Assembly (NCBI GenBank): GCA_965603205.1
Contig: CBFDCC010000001.1
Span: forward strand, 294,565 to 358,564
Direction: 5' to 3'
DNA: 64,000 nucleotides
DNA from: an uncultured Kordiimonas sp.
Lineage (GTDB): Bacteria; Pseudomonadota; Alphaproteobacteria; Sphingomonadales; Kordiimonadaceae
The position numbers were made by a program, and so were the translations under genes. Under the pieces are notes generated by a model. The model did no database searches and was not told where the DNA came from. It saw only the letters and a list, made by a program, of their open reading frames with translations. Shown piece by piece: positions 46,282-56,433 of the stretch (positions are counted from its first letter, which is position 1; each line of letters opens with the position of its first letter).

Positions 46282-49200
46282 ACACAGCATGACCAAAGAG
46301 CAAGCGCGCGCTACAGAGCCTGAGCTAACGGCTTGGGTGGGCGCGTCGGCGGGTACGGGCAAAACCCATGTCTTAACGGCGCGGGTATTACGTTTAATGC
46401 TGACGGGTACAGAGCCTAATAAAATATTATGCCTGACCTTTACCAAGGCAGCGGCGGCGGAGATGAAAACACGCCTTTTTGAAGAACTTGGTAAATGGAC
46501 AGTAATGGATGATGCAGCGCTAAAAAAAGAAATAAAAAGACGTACAGAAGAAGAGGTGGACGCCGAAAAACTATCACGGGCGCGGATGCTTTTTGCTGAG
46601 GTGCTTGACGTAGCGGGCGGCCTTCAGATTCAAACTTTCCATAGTTTTTGCCAGTCCTTGCTTGGGCGGTTCCCGTTAGAGGCAGGGCTAACGCCAGGGT
46701 TCGAGGGTATTGATGACACGCTAAGCGGTGAAGTGCTACGCGAGGCGCGCGATAAAATGCTGGCGTCGACACGTTTGGTTACGGGCGGCGCTGAACGCAA
46801 AGCATTAGAGACAGTGGCGCAGCGTGTAACAGAACTGACCTTTGATGAGGTGATGAATAGTTTGATGTTCAAAACGTCATCAATCCGAAATGCAGAAGAG
46901 CATTATGGGCGTTTAGGCCTGCGGCCTGCGCTCTGTCGTGCGCTTGATATATCCCCTGATGATACCCGTGACAGTATTATTGCAAGCGCCGTTAGTGATC
47001 GCGTCATGAATACCACGGCCCTGAGGGATGTAGTTGAAATCTATAGTGGCGGCTCAAAAACTGAGGATAAAATAGCCGAGGCTATCAGGCCGATGGTTAT
47101 TAATGATGAAGGCGGCAGAGGCCAGTATTTTGGTGGCTATGTGTCAGCCCTTTTGACGTTGACGGCCACACCTCAAAAGAATATAGGCGGCAAAAAAACA
47201 TTAGATAAAAACCCAGATGTTGAAACGCTTTTACGCGCAGAGCAAGAACGCCTTGTTCACGTCATGCAGAAACTAAAATCTTTGGAAATTAGTGTAGCAA
47301 CCTCGGCCTTGCTAACACTTGGTATTGCCCAGATGGATCACTATAGTGGTCTTAAAGGCCATCGCGGTCTCGTTGATTTTGATGATATGATTGAAAGCAC
47401 GGTCAAGCTATTGTCCAGCGACGGTATTGCGTCGTGGGTTCAGTTTAAACTAGATGGCGGTATTCATCATATTTTGGTGGATGAAGCCCAAGATACAAAC
47501 CGCGCCCAGTGGCATGTGGTAGAAACGCTGGCTAGTGCTTTTTATGATGGTGATGGGGCGGTGGATAAAGCGCGCACAGTTTTTGCTGTTGGCGACATAA
47601 AACAATCAATTTTTTCCTTTCAAAAGGCTGACCCACAAGAGTTTGTTAATGCACGCACGCGCGTGTTTGAAAGAGCCGAGACTGGACAGGCGGAGACAGA
47701 TCTTGTGCCGCTTAATCAATCTTTCCGTTCTGGCGAAGCCGTGCTGTCGCTGGTGGATAGCGTGTTCCACGAGAGCGGTGATGCCGTTATTGATGAAGAC
47801 CCCGTCGAGCATGCGTTTACCCGCAAAGGCCACGCAGGCCTTGCGGAGATATGGCCCCTAGAAGAACCAAGCACGAAGACACAAGAACAAGAAGGTTGGA
47901 TACCACCTACTGAGCAAATTCATGAAGATAACGCAGAGCAAAGAACCGCTTGGCGCATCGCAAAACGTATCAAGACTATGCTGGAAACGGGTGAACTGCT
48001 AGAGGCCCAAGGTCGCCCAATTAAACCAGGTGATATTTTGGTGTTAGTCCGTAAACGCACTGATTTTGTTGAGCATTTAACGCGGGCATTAAAGATCCTT
48101 GGCGTGCCTGTAACAGGTCGTGATCGCATGACACTAACGTCTGAGCTTGCTGTGCAGGATTTGATTGCAGTGATGAAATTTGCTTTGCAGCCTGATGATG
48201 ATCTGACCTGTGCAGAATTATTAAAAGGGCCGTTTGTTGGCGCGTCAGAGGATGATGTTTTTGATTTGGCTTACGGCCGATCTGACAAGGCATTATGGCC
48301 GCAGGTTGTCGCAAAAAAAGATAAATACCCACGCGCATATACATTTTTAAATGACATATTATCTATTGCCGATCGTGGGACACCGTTTGAATTTTTATCC
48401 CATATTCTAAATGCGCTAGGCGGGCGCAAGAAACTTGCTGCTCGTTTAGGGGATGAGGTTAATGACCCCATTGATGAATTGCTGGGTGAAGCGTTAAAAT
48501 TTGAACGCCAACACCATGTGAGTCTGCAAGCCTTTTTACAGGTTATATTAATGTCTAACACGACCATTAAACGCGATATGGAACAGGCTAGCAACGCAGT
48601 GCGTATCATGACAGCGCATGGGTCAAAGGGTCTGCAAGCGCCTATCGTATTTATCGCCGATGGTGATAATCCACCTACAGCGACCAAGGACACAAGGTTG
48701 ATGGAGATAGCAGCGCCAGACGCCAAGGCGCCTAAGCTGTTAGTATGGAGTGCTGGCGTTAAGAATATGGAACGGCTTGAGACAGAGAAATCTATCCGCA
48801 CCGAGAAGATGCTCGCTGAATATAAGCGTCTGCTTTATGTGGCGATGACACGGGCGGAAGACAGGCTATATATAGTGGGTTGGAACGTTAAAAAGCGCAA
48901 TAAAGGCGATAGTTGGTACGGCCTCATGCAGGCAGGTTTTGATAGGTTAGACGATGTAGAAACTATTACGATTGCCGATAGAGATGTTAGGCGATTTAAT
49001 GTAGCACAAGGCCCTGAGATCTCGCCATCCAAGCAGTCCGAGCAGAAAAAGCAGGGACACTTAATCGAGCCTTTACCTGCATGGGTATATGGTGAAGCGC
49101 CGGATGAACCAACACCGCCCCGACCACTGGCACCCTCACGCCCTGATGATGTGGAGCCAGCTTGCACTAGTCCGCTTAGCCGTGTGGCTAGTCACCCCTT

Positions 49201-49693
49201 TAAGCGTGGTCGTATCATTCACACGTTATTAGAGTGGCTGCCAGATGTTAAGATTACCGCGCGGGAGACTGCCGCTAAGACATTCCTCTCAGAGCCATCA
49301 AATGGATTGAGTGGTAGCCAAGTAGATCAAACCTGGTCAGAAGTTGAAGCTCTGTTAAATGACGCCAACTTTGCTGGCGTGTTTGGCCCTAATAGTCGCG
49401 CAGAGGTGCCTGTTGCGGGCATGGTGATGGGACGTGTCATATCAGGGCAAGTTGATCGATTGGTGGTCGCCGATGACCACATATTGATTGTTGATTATAA
49501 AACCAACCGTCCACCACCGAAGGATGTTAGTTTAACGCCACAGATTTATGTGAAGCAAATGGCGTTATACGCTGCTGCTCTAAAGCAGATTTATCCTGAT
49601 AAGGAAATACGGGCAGGGTTGCTGTGGACAGATATAGCTAAATTAATGATGGTGCCAGCCGATATGATGCAATCGAGTTTGTCTGGTATGTAA
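46271..49693 (+). CDS. addA: double-strand break repair helicase/nuclease AddA (UvrD family)
   Basis: 1140 aa: Walker A ASAGTGKTHVLT, ...ILVDEAQDTN..., and the C-terminal nuclease motif ...GQVDRLVV...IVDYKTN... Confidence 0.9.
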   Translation: MMTKHSMTKEQARATEPELTAWVGASAGTGKTHVLTARVLRLMLTGTEPNKILCLTFTKAAAAEMKTRLFEELGKWTVMDDAALKKEIKRRTEEEVDAEKLSRARMLFAEVLDVAGGLQIQTFHSFCQSLLGRFPLEAGLTPGFEGIDDTLSGEVLREARDKMLASTRLVTGGAERKALETVAQRVTELTFDEVMNSLMFKTSSIRNAEEHYGRLGLRPALCRALDISPDDTRDSIIASAVSDRVMNTTALRDVVEIYSGGSKTEDKIAEAIRPMVINDEGGRGQYFGGYVSALLTLTATPQKNIGGKKTLDKNPDVETLLRAEQERLVHVMQKLKSLEISVATSALLTLGIAQMDHYSGLKGHRGLVDFDDMIESTVKLLSSDGIASWVQFKLDGGIHHILVDEAQDTNRAQWHVVETLASAFYDGDGAVDKARTVFAVGDIKQSIFSFQKADPQEFVNARTRVFERAETGQAETDLVPLNQSFRSGEAVLSLVDSVFHESGDAVIDEDPVEHAFTRKGHAGLAEIWPLEEPSTKTQEQEGWIPPTEQIHEDNAEQRTAWRIAKRIKTMLETGELLEAQGRPIKPGDILVLVRKRTDFVEHLTRALKILGVPVTGRDRMTLTSELAVQDLIAVMKFALQPDDDLTCAELLKGPFVGASEDDVFDLAYGRSDKALWPQVVAKKDKYPRAYTFLNDILSIADRGTPFEFLSHILNALGGRKKLAARLGDEVNDPIDELLGEALKFERQHHVSLQAFLQVILMSNTTIKRDMEQASNAVRIMTAHGSKGLQAPIVFIADGDNPPTATKDTRLMEIAAPDAKAPKLLVWSAGVKNMERLETEKSIRTEKMLAEYKRLLYVAMTRAEDRLYIVGWNVKKRNKGDSWYGLMQAGFDRLDDVETITIADRDVRRFNVAQGPEISPSKQSEQKKQGHLIEPLPAWVYGEAPDEPTPPRPLAPSRPDDVEPACTSPLSRVASHPFKRGRIIHTLLEWLPDVKITARETAAKTFLSEPSNGLSGSQVDQTWSEVEALLNDANFAGVFGPNSRAEVPVAGMVMGRVISGQVDRLVVADDHILIVDYKTNRPPPKDVSLTPQIYVKQMALYAAALKQIYPDKEIRAGLLWTDIAKLMMVPADMMQSSLSGM

Positions 49694-49857
49694 TCGAAAA
49701 TACCGATTATGGTATTCGGAAAATTTAAGCCGCTATATCTTGACGATTGGCTAGTGAATACCTAGGTTATACTCATAGTGTATTTCTCACAGGTTTGTTG
49801 AGGATAAAGCACATAGGAATTCTGGGTTTTGCGCCCAATTTATTAAAGGAAAATACC

Positions 49858-50178
49858 ATGGCGACTATTACTGTAACTGATGATTCGTTTGAAGCGGACG
49901 TAAAAAATGCATCTAAACCTGTTCTACTCGACTTTTGGGCGCCTTGGTGCGGACCGTGTAAAATGATCGGCCCAGTATTAGAGCAAATCTCTGAAGAGCG
50001 TGATGATATCATTATTGCGAAGATGGATATTGATGAAAATCCAGAAGCGCCTACAAATTTTGGGGTGCGTTCTATCCCAACTATGTTGATTTTCAAAGAT
50101 GGTGAAGTTGTAGCGACCACAATGGGCGCAAAGCAAAAATCACAATTAGAGCAGTGGATTGACGGCGCTATTGCCTAA
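49858..50178 (+). CDS. trxA: thioredoxin
   Basis: 106 aa from ATG 49858 (AAAGGA upstream): ...VLLDFWAPWCGPCKMI... Confidence 0.95.
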   Translation: MATITVTDDSFEADVKNASKPVLLDFWAPWCGPCKMIGPVLEQISEERDDIIIAKMDIDENPEAPTNFGVRSIPTMLIFKDGEVVATTMGAKQKSQLEQWIDGAIA

Positions 50179-50204
50179 ATACACCTAGTAATGAATAATT
50201 AAAA

Positions 50205-50230
50205 GGCTCCTTTTTGAGGGGCCTTTTTTT
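50205..50230 (+). terminator. trxA terminator
   Basis: GGCTCC (50205-10) / GGGGCC (50218-23) with one G-U pair, then TTTTTTT. Confidence 0.7.
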
Positions 50231-50315
50231 CTCTTAGTGTTCACATATAAAATATAAGTTGTATTTAATAAGCTCTGCTGATATTAGGTGCCTCATATTA
50301 TATCAGGGGCATAAA

Positions 50316-50867
50316 ATGGCAGTTTTATCGGCACCAGATTTATCGAAGGAATTTGAGCAATTTTTTGCACATTGGAATGCTTTGGGGAAGCATGAGCGTG
50401 TGGGTGTTCCTTTGAAATCTGTATTCAAACCAATGGCAATGACATCTTTGTTGCCTAATACAGCACTTATGGAATATCAAGGTCCAGAAGTATTAATTGC
50501 GCGTGTTGTGGGTACTAATTTGGATAATATTCTGGGAAAGAATATAACCAATAAAAATATTTATTCATTCTTCAAAGAGGATGAAAAACCCTTATACAAT
50601 TCTTTTTATGATAAAATAGTAACCCATCCTGTAGGTGGGGTGTTAACGCGAAATATTACAGATTCAAACGGTACACAGCTCTGTGTTCAATCTATTGTTT
50701 TGCCGATGTGCGATGATGATGGTCGTGTTAGTTATATGCTAACGCTCTATGATGCATCTATTATGAAGAGCGAAACTTTTGCCGCTTTTGATGAATTCCA
50801 TAGTTTTTCAGGTATGTCGCACGCGTGGTTAGATATAGGTTTTGGCGTACCAGATACGACGGTTTAA
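50316..50867 (+). CDS. hypothetical protein, possibly a PAS-fold (PF07310-like) protein
   Basis: 183 aa from ATG 50316. The size and the pattern ...FFAHWNALG...PLKSVFKP... remind me of small alphaproteobacterial PAS_5 proteins. Weak call. Confidence 0.35.
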   Translation: MAVLSAPDLSKEFEQFFAHWNALGKHERVGVPLKSVFKPMAMTSLLPNTALMEYQGPEVLIARVVGTNLDNILGKNITNKNIYSFFKEDEKPLYNSFYDKIVTHPVGGVLTRNITDSNGTQLCVQSIVLPMCDDDGRVSYMLTLYDASIMKSETFAAFDEFHSFSGMSHAWLDIGFGVPDTTV

Positions 50868-52198
50868 CGCGGCTGAATGCCTGCGGTACGTAACACATCA
50901 CCTGCTAAATAAAGTGACCCGCCTATCAGTACAAAGGGTGGTTTATCGGCTGATGTCTGGTCTGCTATTATTTGAAGCGCTGATGTAACATCTTTTGCGA
51001 TTGTACCTTTTATGCCTGCGTCTGTGGCCGCGGCCGCAAGGTACGCAGGCGCTGCCGCCCCGTCTTCGCCAGGAATAGCGACTGTTATCACTTGGCTAAC
51101 TAAGCCAATAAGTGGCTTTAAATAGCCCTCCACATCCTTAGTGCCCATCATCCCAAGTATTAAAGTGATTGGTCTATCTATATCTGTTTCTTTTAAAAAT
51201 TTCGCAATGGCAGTCGCCGCTGCGGGGTTATGGCCACCATCTAACCATAGGTCACTATTGTCTGGTAAATGCACAGCCAGTGATGAACTTGATATATCCT
51301 GTAGTCTTGCGGGCCAGCGCACCCAGCCAAGCCCTGCCTTTATAGCAGCGTCAGGTATTTTCACAGCTTTTTGCGTGCGGATGGCGGCGATGGCCATGCC
51401 TGCGTTCATAATTTGGTGATCACCAAGTAAGGTTGGTAGTGGCAAGCTTAATGGCCCCTTGGCATCTTCGTACAGAATATGCGTCCCGTCTTCGGCTATT
51501 TCTACGAACCACTCTTTGCCAAATCTTAGACCGCGCATCTTTAGGCTTTTTAACTTGTCAGCGATAGCCTGTTCGCCATCTTTTTGTTGTGGCCCAATGA
51601 TAGCGGGGCTACCTTCTTTTAGGATGCCAGCTTTTTCTGCTGCAATTTCCCCCAGTGTTTCACCCAAAAACTGCTGGTGGTCCAGGCTAACAGGCGTAAT
51701 GATAGTAGCAGCAGGCGTGCCTATGACATTTGTGGCATCTAATCTACCGCCTAGGCCAACCTCTAAAATGCATAGATCAGCAGGCGTACGCGAAAAGGCG
51801 AGTAAGGCGGCGGCCGTTGTCACCTCAAAGAATGTGATGGGGTCTGAGCCGTTCTCACGCTCGCATTCTTCCAGTAACGTGATTAAATCATCTTCATCTA
51901 TGAGTTGGCCTGCAATACGGATGCGCTCGTTAAACTTGACGAGATGGGGGCTGGTGTATACATGGACGCGGTGACCCGCAGCCTCTACAATAGCGCGCAG
52001 TGTGGCAACGGTTGATCCCTTGCCGTTGGTGCCAGCAACATGAATAACGGGGGGTAGCTTACGCTCTGGATTACCAAGCTTATCAAGCAGGCTTTGCAGG
52101 CGCTCCAAGGATAAATCAATAACCTTGGGGTGTAGCTTCATGAGGCGTTCAAGAACCTTGTCGCTCGTTTTTTCTAGATCAGGCACCATTTTAGACAC
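50864..52198 (-). CDS. folC: bifunctional folylpolyglutamate synthase / dihydrofolate synthase
   Basis: 444 aa: ...HVAGTNGKGST...EVGLGGRLDATN... Confidence 0.9.
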   Translation of the reverse strand: MSKMVPDLEKTSDKVLERLMKLHPKVIDLSLERLQSLLDKLGNPERKLPPVIHVAGTNGKGSTVATLRAIVEAAGHRVHVYTSPHLVKFNERIRIAGQLIDEDDLITLLEECERENGSDPITFFEVTTAAALLAFSRTPADLCILEVGLGGRLDATNVIGTPAATIITPVSLDHQQFLGETLGEIAAEKAGILKEGSPAIIGPQQKDGEQAIADKLKSLKMRGLRFGKEWFVEIAEDGTHILYEDAKGPLSLPLPTLLGDHQIMNAGMAIAAIRTQKAVKIPDAAIKAGLGWVRWPARLQDISSSSLAVHLPDNSDLWLDGGHNPAAATAIAKFLKETDIDRPITLILGMMGTKDVEGYLKPLIGLVSQVITVAIPGEDGAAAPAYLAAAATDAGIKGTIAKDVTSALQIIADQTSADKPPFVLIGGSLYLAGDVLRTAGIQPR

Positions 52199-52204
52199 GC
52201 TTGA

Positions 52205-53080
52205 TTATTCTGCTGCTTGCTTGTGATTGGATCTGCCACCCATCAATAATCCGATGACACGGCCTAATTCCTCTGGCAGTTGATGGCGGTGTGACACGAT
52301 ATCAACCATACCATGCTCGCGTAGATATTCGCTGCGTTGGAAACCCTCTGGTAATTTTTCGCGGATTGTTTGCTCGATGACACGTGGGCCTGAAAAGGCA
52401 ATCATCGCATTAGGTTCAGCAATATGAATATCACCCAACATGGCGTATGAAGCCGATACACCACCTGATGTAGGATCGGTTAGTACCACAATATACGGTA
52501 CAGCTGCCTCGCGTAGCATTTTGATGGCAATGGTCGTGCGCGGCATCTGCATAAGCGATAAGATACCTTCTTGCATACGCGCACCGCCAGAGGCTGTGAA
52601 CATAAGGAAAGGAACGCCAAGCTCAACAGCTTTTTTAGCACCAGTGATAATACCTTCACCAACGGCCATACCCATAGAGCCACCCATGAAGAAGAAATTC
52701 TGAATAGCGACAACACAGTCGTTGCCGTCTATTTTACCAACGGCGACTTTAATAGCGTCCACATCACCAGTTTTGGCGCGGGCCTGCTTTAGACGGTCAG
52801 TATATTTTTTTGTATCTCTGAATTTTAACGGGTCTATATTGACCTCTGGCAGATCAAGCAGCTCGTACGTGCTGCGATCAAATAGAGCGTCAAAACGGTC
52901 GCTAGGTGGTACGCGGTCATGATGATCACAGTGCCCACAGACATATTGGTTCGCTATAAAATCTTTTTGAAAAATCATTTGGCTACAGTTTTTACATTTG
53001 TGCCATAGATTGTCAGGCGTGTCCTTACGGTTAAGGACAGCATTTAATTTTGGTTTTACATAGCTGGTGAGCCAATTCAT
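52205..53080 (-). CDS. accD: acetyl-CoA carboxylase carboxyltransferase beta subunit
   Basis: 291 aa with the zinc ribbon CKNC...CGHCDHH and ...[14 protein letters not shown]... Confidence 0.95.
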   Translation of the reverse strand: MNWLTSYVKPKLNAVLNRKDTPDNLWHKCKNCSQMIFQKDFIANQYVCGHCDHHDRVPPSDRFDALFDRSTYELLDLPEVNIDPLKFRDTKKYTDRLKQARAKTGDVDAIKVAVGKIDGNDCVVAIQNFFFMGGSMGMAVGEGIITGAKKAVELGVPFLMFTASGGARMQEGILSLMQMPRTTIAIKMLREAAVPYIVVLTDPTSGGVSASYAMLGDIHIAEPNAMIAFSGPRVIEQTIREKLPEGFQRSEYLREHGMVDIVSHRHQLPEELGRVIGLLMGGRSNHKQAAE

Positions 53081-53119
53081 GGACGCACCCTTTCTTTATA
53101 TTTCAAGGACAATATGTCT

Positions 53120-53944
53120 TTACAGACGACCCATTTTAACACCGTCAGCAAGCGCTGTCACGAACTCTAACACTTCTGGCACCAATCCCTCAAGAGGATT
53201 ACCGCTTTCATCTAACCTATTTGCTATTTCATCGATAATAGCAGAGCCAACAACAGCCCCGTCAGCATGGCGTGCAATCACTGCTGCTTGGCTGGGCGTC
53301 CTTATGCCAAACCCCACTGCGATAGGCAAGCTAGTTTGTGATTTTAAGCGCGTCATTGCATTTACGATCATATCTTCTGAGGCGGATTTGCCGCCCGTAA
53401 CTCCTGCAACAGCCACATAATAGATAAAACCCGATGCGCCTGATACGATGGTTTTTAACCGCGTATCATCAGATGTAGGCGTGGCTAGACGCACAAGATC
53501 AATACCAGCCTTTGTTGCTGGGATACGTAATTCAGCGTCTTCCTCTGGTGGTAAATCAACGATGATCAGACCGTCAACACCAGCGGCGGCAGCGTCATGA
53601 CTAAAACGTTCAACACCGTAATGATAGATAGGGTTGAAATACCCCATGAGGACAATAGGGGTCGTATCATTATCTTTGCGAAATTCACGTACCATTTCTA
53701 GGGTGCGGATGGTCGTCGCACCATTGCCAAGTGCGCGCTGTGCCGCCTTGTCAATTGACGGCCCATCAGCCGAAGGGTCAGTGAATGGCATACCAAGCTC
53801 GACAATATCAGCGCCAGCTTTAGGCATCCCCTTTAGCAGTTCTAGCGATGTATCATAGGTAGGATCACCCGCTGTGATAAAGGTGACAAAGGCAGCGCGG
53901 TTTTCAGCTTGTAGCGCATTAAATTTAGTGGATAATCTAGACAT
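53120..53944 (-). CDS. trpA: tryptophan synthase alpha chain
   Basis: 274 aa: ...[11 protein letters not shown]...[17 protein letters not shown]... Its start overlaps the trpB stop (TAATG). Confidence 0.95.
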   Translation of the reverse strand: MSRLSTKFNALQAENRAAFVTFITAGDPTYDTSLELLKGMPKAGADIVELGMPFTDPSADGPSIDKAAQRALGNGATTIRTLEMVREFRKDNDTTPIVLMGYFNPIYHYGVERFSHDAAAAGVDGLIIVDLPPEEDAELRIPATKAGIDLVRLATPTSDDTRLKTIVSGASGFIYYVAVAGVTGGKSASEDMIVNAMTRLKSQTSLPIAVGFGIRTPSQAAVIARHADGAVVGSAIIDEIANRLDESGNPLEGLVPEVLEFVTALADGVKMGRL

Positions 53945-55158
53945 TACAGTTCCACCCCCATTTTATCAGCAATAGTGCCTACGTCTTTGTCACCGCGACC
54001 TGATAAATTCATCACAATGATATGATCTTTTGGCAGGTTTGGTGCAATACGCATAACATGGGCTAGCGCGTGGCTGCTCTCTAAGGCTGGGATAATGCCT
54101 TCGGTACGGCAGCAAAAATGAAAAGCCTCAACGGCTTCATCATCGGTTGCTTGTACATATTTCACACGGCCGTGCTCATGCAGCCATACATGCTCTGGGC
54201 CAATGCCGGGGTAATCTAACCCTGCGGAGATCGAATGAGCCTCAATGATTTGGCCGTCGTCATCTTGGAGTAGATAGGTGCGGTTACCGTGCAATACGCC
54301 CGGCGAGCCACCAAGTATGGAGCAAGCGTGTTTGTCAGTGTCAACGCCTAGGCCAGCGGCCTCAACGCAGTAAGCCTCAACCGATGGATCATCTAAAAAT
54401 GGATGGATCAGACCAAGGGCATTAGACCCACCACCGATACAAGCGACTAATGTATCTGGCAATTTGCCTTCTGCGGCCATCATCTGCTCGCGGGTTTCAT
54501 CACCGATGATACATTGAAAATCACGCACCATTTTAGGATAGGGGTGTGGACCCGCAGCCGTGCCGATAATATAGAATGTATCATCCACATTGGTGACCCA
54601 GTCACGCATAGCTTCGTTCATGGCATCTTTTAATGTGGCAGAACCCGAATGCACAGGCGTTACCTTAGCACCCAGAATTTTCATGCGGAATACATTGGGT
54701 TGTTGGCGCTTAATATCAACCGCGCCCATAAACACAGTGCATTCCATACCAAATAATGCCGCAACGGTGGCCGTTGCCACGCCGTGTTGCCCAGCGCCTG
54801 TTTCAGCGATTATACGTGTTTTGCCCATGCGTTTAGCCAGTAAAACCTGACCAATAGCATGATTAATTTTATGGGCGCCCGTATGATTTAATTCTTCACG
54901 CTTCAAATAGACTTTTGCACCGCCAAGCTCTTCGCTCATGCGCTTTGCGTGATATAGCGGGCTAGGCCTGCCGATATAATTGCGATTCAGATCAGCCAGT
55001 TCTGCCTGAAATTCAGGGTCACGCCACGCTTCATCAAATTGTTTTTCAAGGTCTAACAGTAGCGGCATTAATGTTTCGGATGCGTACCGGCCCCCGTAAA
55101 TACCGAAATGCCCGTGTTCATCAGGGCCGTTTCTAAAACTATTTGGCGTATCACTCAT
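53944..55158 (-). CDS. trpB: tryptophan synthase beta chain
   Basis: 404 aa: ...[15 protein letters not shown]...GGGSNA... Confidence 0.95.
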   Translation of the reverse strand: MSDTPNSFRNGPDEHGHFGIYGGRYASETLMPLLLDLEKQFDEAWRDPEFQAELADLNRNYIGRPSPLYHAKRMSEELGGAKVYLKREELNHTGAHKINHAIGQVLLAKRMGKTRIIAETGAGQHGVATATVAALFGMECTVFMGAVDIKRQQPNVFRMKILGAKVTPVHSGSATLKDAMNEAMRDWVTNVDDTFYIIGTAAGPHPYPKMVRDFQCIIGDETREQMMAAEGKLPDTLVACIGGGSNALGLIHPFLDDPSVEAYCVEAAGLGVDTDKHACSILGGSPGVLHGNRTYLLQDDDGQIIEAHSISAGLDYPGIGPEHVWLHEHGRVKYVQATDDEAVEAFHFCCRTEGIIPALESSHALAHVMRIAPNLPKDHIIVMNLSGRGDKDVGTIADKMGVEL

Positions 55159-55224
55159 TTATCTACCTATCACTATATGATGACATAGCTTGTCATCACT
55201 TAAATACTCTTGTGTCTACTTCTG

Positions 55225-55878
55225 TTAAATCTTTGCCGCCGCGTCAAGGAAAGCTTGAATTTTTTGATGATCTTTCACACCAGCTGTACTTTCAACACCC
55301 GATGAAACATCAAGCATTGTCGCGCCTGATGCATCTATGGCGGCTTCTATAGTCTCGGCCTTTAGGCCGCCAGCAAGCAGCCAAGGTTTGTCAAATTTTT
55401 GCCCCTTAAGAAGCGCCCAAGGAAAACTAATCGCATTGCCGCCTGGTAGGTCTGCGCCCTTTGGTGGCTTCGCGTCAAACAAATAGGCATCGACATGGTC
55501 TTTAAACATATCAACAGCCTTAAAATCCTCAGCCGAGGCTATGCCAAAAGCCTTTATAATCCGACAACCTGTAACGCCTTTGATCTGTGCGATGTCTTCA
55601 CGCGTTTCAGCGCCGTGCACCTGTATCCAGTCAAGTGATAAGGCCTTGGCGGCTTCTTTAATAAGGTCAAAATTAGCGTTAACAAACACGCCTACTCTCT
55701 CTGGCCTACGCGCTGGGCCTGTCGGTAGTTTGGGGCCAAGAGCTGTCGCGGCCTCAATGGTTAGATTACGCGGTGACTTATCAAAGAAGACAAAACCTAA
55801 ATAGCGCGCGCCAGCATCTGCTGCAACGCGTGCAGTTTCAGCGTCAGTGATGCCGCATATTTTAACGTCTATATTCAA
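55225..55878 (-). CDS. trpF: N-(5'-phosphoribosyl)anthranilate isomerase
   Basis: 217 aa: ...VKICGIT...GFVFF.KSPR...VQVHG... TTG start. trpF-trpB-trpA-accD-folC order. Confidence 0.9.
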   Translation of the reverse strand: MNIDVKICGITDAETARVAADAGARYLGFVFFDKSPRNLTIEAATALGPKLPTGPARRPERVGVFVNANFDLIKEAAKALSLDWIQVHGAETREDIAQIKGVTGCRIIKAFGIASAEDFKAVDMFKDHVDAYLFDAKPPKGADLPGGNAISFPWALLKGQKFDKPWLLAGGLKAETIEAAIDASGATMLDVSSGVESTAGVKDHQKIQAFLDAAAKI

Positions 55879-55990
55879 GGTCTATGTTTCCATCTTATCT
55901 TTTTGAGTAGCTGATTATAAACTTAGATATGGCTGTTACCAGCTATTATTCCTTAGCTGGTGAACAATCGGTACTAAAGATTGGGTTTAT

Positions 55991-56089
55991 GATCTGATTA
56001 ATATCTAACCGTTCAAGCGCCACTTGTGGCTATCCTCGCATCAGCTCGACCTCGTAGTCACTCGGTACGGATGCTGGGCGCATCCTATT
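55991..56089 (-). repeat. ~100-nt structured intergenic repeat, copy C
   Basis: GATCTGATTAATATCTAACCGTTCAAGCGCCACTTGTGGCTATCCTCGCATCAGCTCGACCTCGTAGTCACTCGGTACGGATGCTGGGCGCATCCTATT. Internal hairpins GCCAC-TT-GTGGC and GGATGC-TGGGC-GCATCC. Confidence 0.8.
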
Positions 56090-56122
56090 ATCATTCGTCA
56101 TTTCCCACCATTCCACCCTGTC

Positions 56123-56142
56123 ATTCCCGCGAAGGCGGGAAT
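56123..56142. repeat. mini-hairpin element H1
   Basis: ATTCCCGC-GAAG-GCGGGAAT (8-bp stem, 4-nt loop), preceded by GTC. Confidence 0.6.
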
Positions 56143-56175
56143 CTAGTGGTTCGTTCCCACCACACCACAGTCGTC

Positions 56176-56196
56176 ACTCCAGACTTGATCTGGAGT
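56176..56196 (+). repeat. mini-hairpin element H2, forward copy
   Basis: ACTCCAGA-CTTGA-TCTGGAGT, within the context CGTCACTCCAGACTTGATCTGGAGTCC. Confidence 0.6.
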
Positions 56197-56239
56197 CCAT
56201 TTATCCGTCCGATAATTTTATCTAAGCTATACATGGATG

Positions 56240-56254
56240 CCAGATCAAGTCTGG
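56240..56254 (-). repeat. mini-hairpin element H2, inverted copy
   Basis: The reverse complement of CCAGATCAAGTCTGG is CCAGACTTGATCTGG, identical to the core at 56179-56193. The flank also matches (reverse complement reads CGTCACCCAGACTTGATCTGGCATC). Confidence 0.6.
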
Positions 56255-56271
56255 GTGACGGGGGACTTTGT

Positions 56272-56371
56272 GATCTTGATTAATATCTATCCGTTCAAGC
56301 GCCACTGGTGGCTATCCTCGCATCAGCTCGGCCTCGTAGTCACTCGGTACGGATGCTGGGCGCATCCTATT
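56272..56371 (-). repeat. ~100-nt structured intergenic repeat, copy D
   Basis: Differs from copy C by 3 substitutions and 1 indel over ~100 nt. Offset from copy C is ~282 bp. Confidence 0.8.
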
Positions 56372-56378
56372 GTGTGAT

Positions 56379-56408
56379 AAAAAAAAGGCCCTTCCCGATG
56401 GAAGAGCC
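56379..56408 (-). terminator. terminator of the beta-oxidation operon
   Basis: On the minus strand: GGCTCTTCC-ATCG-GGAAGGGCC followed by TTTTTTTT (reverse complement of the A-run at 56379-86). Confidence 0.7.
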
Positions 56409-56433
56409 TTTTGCTTTTTGTGTTGGGTTTAAC

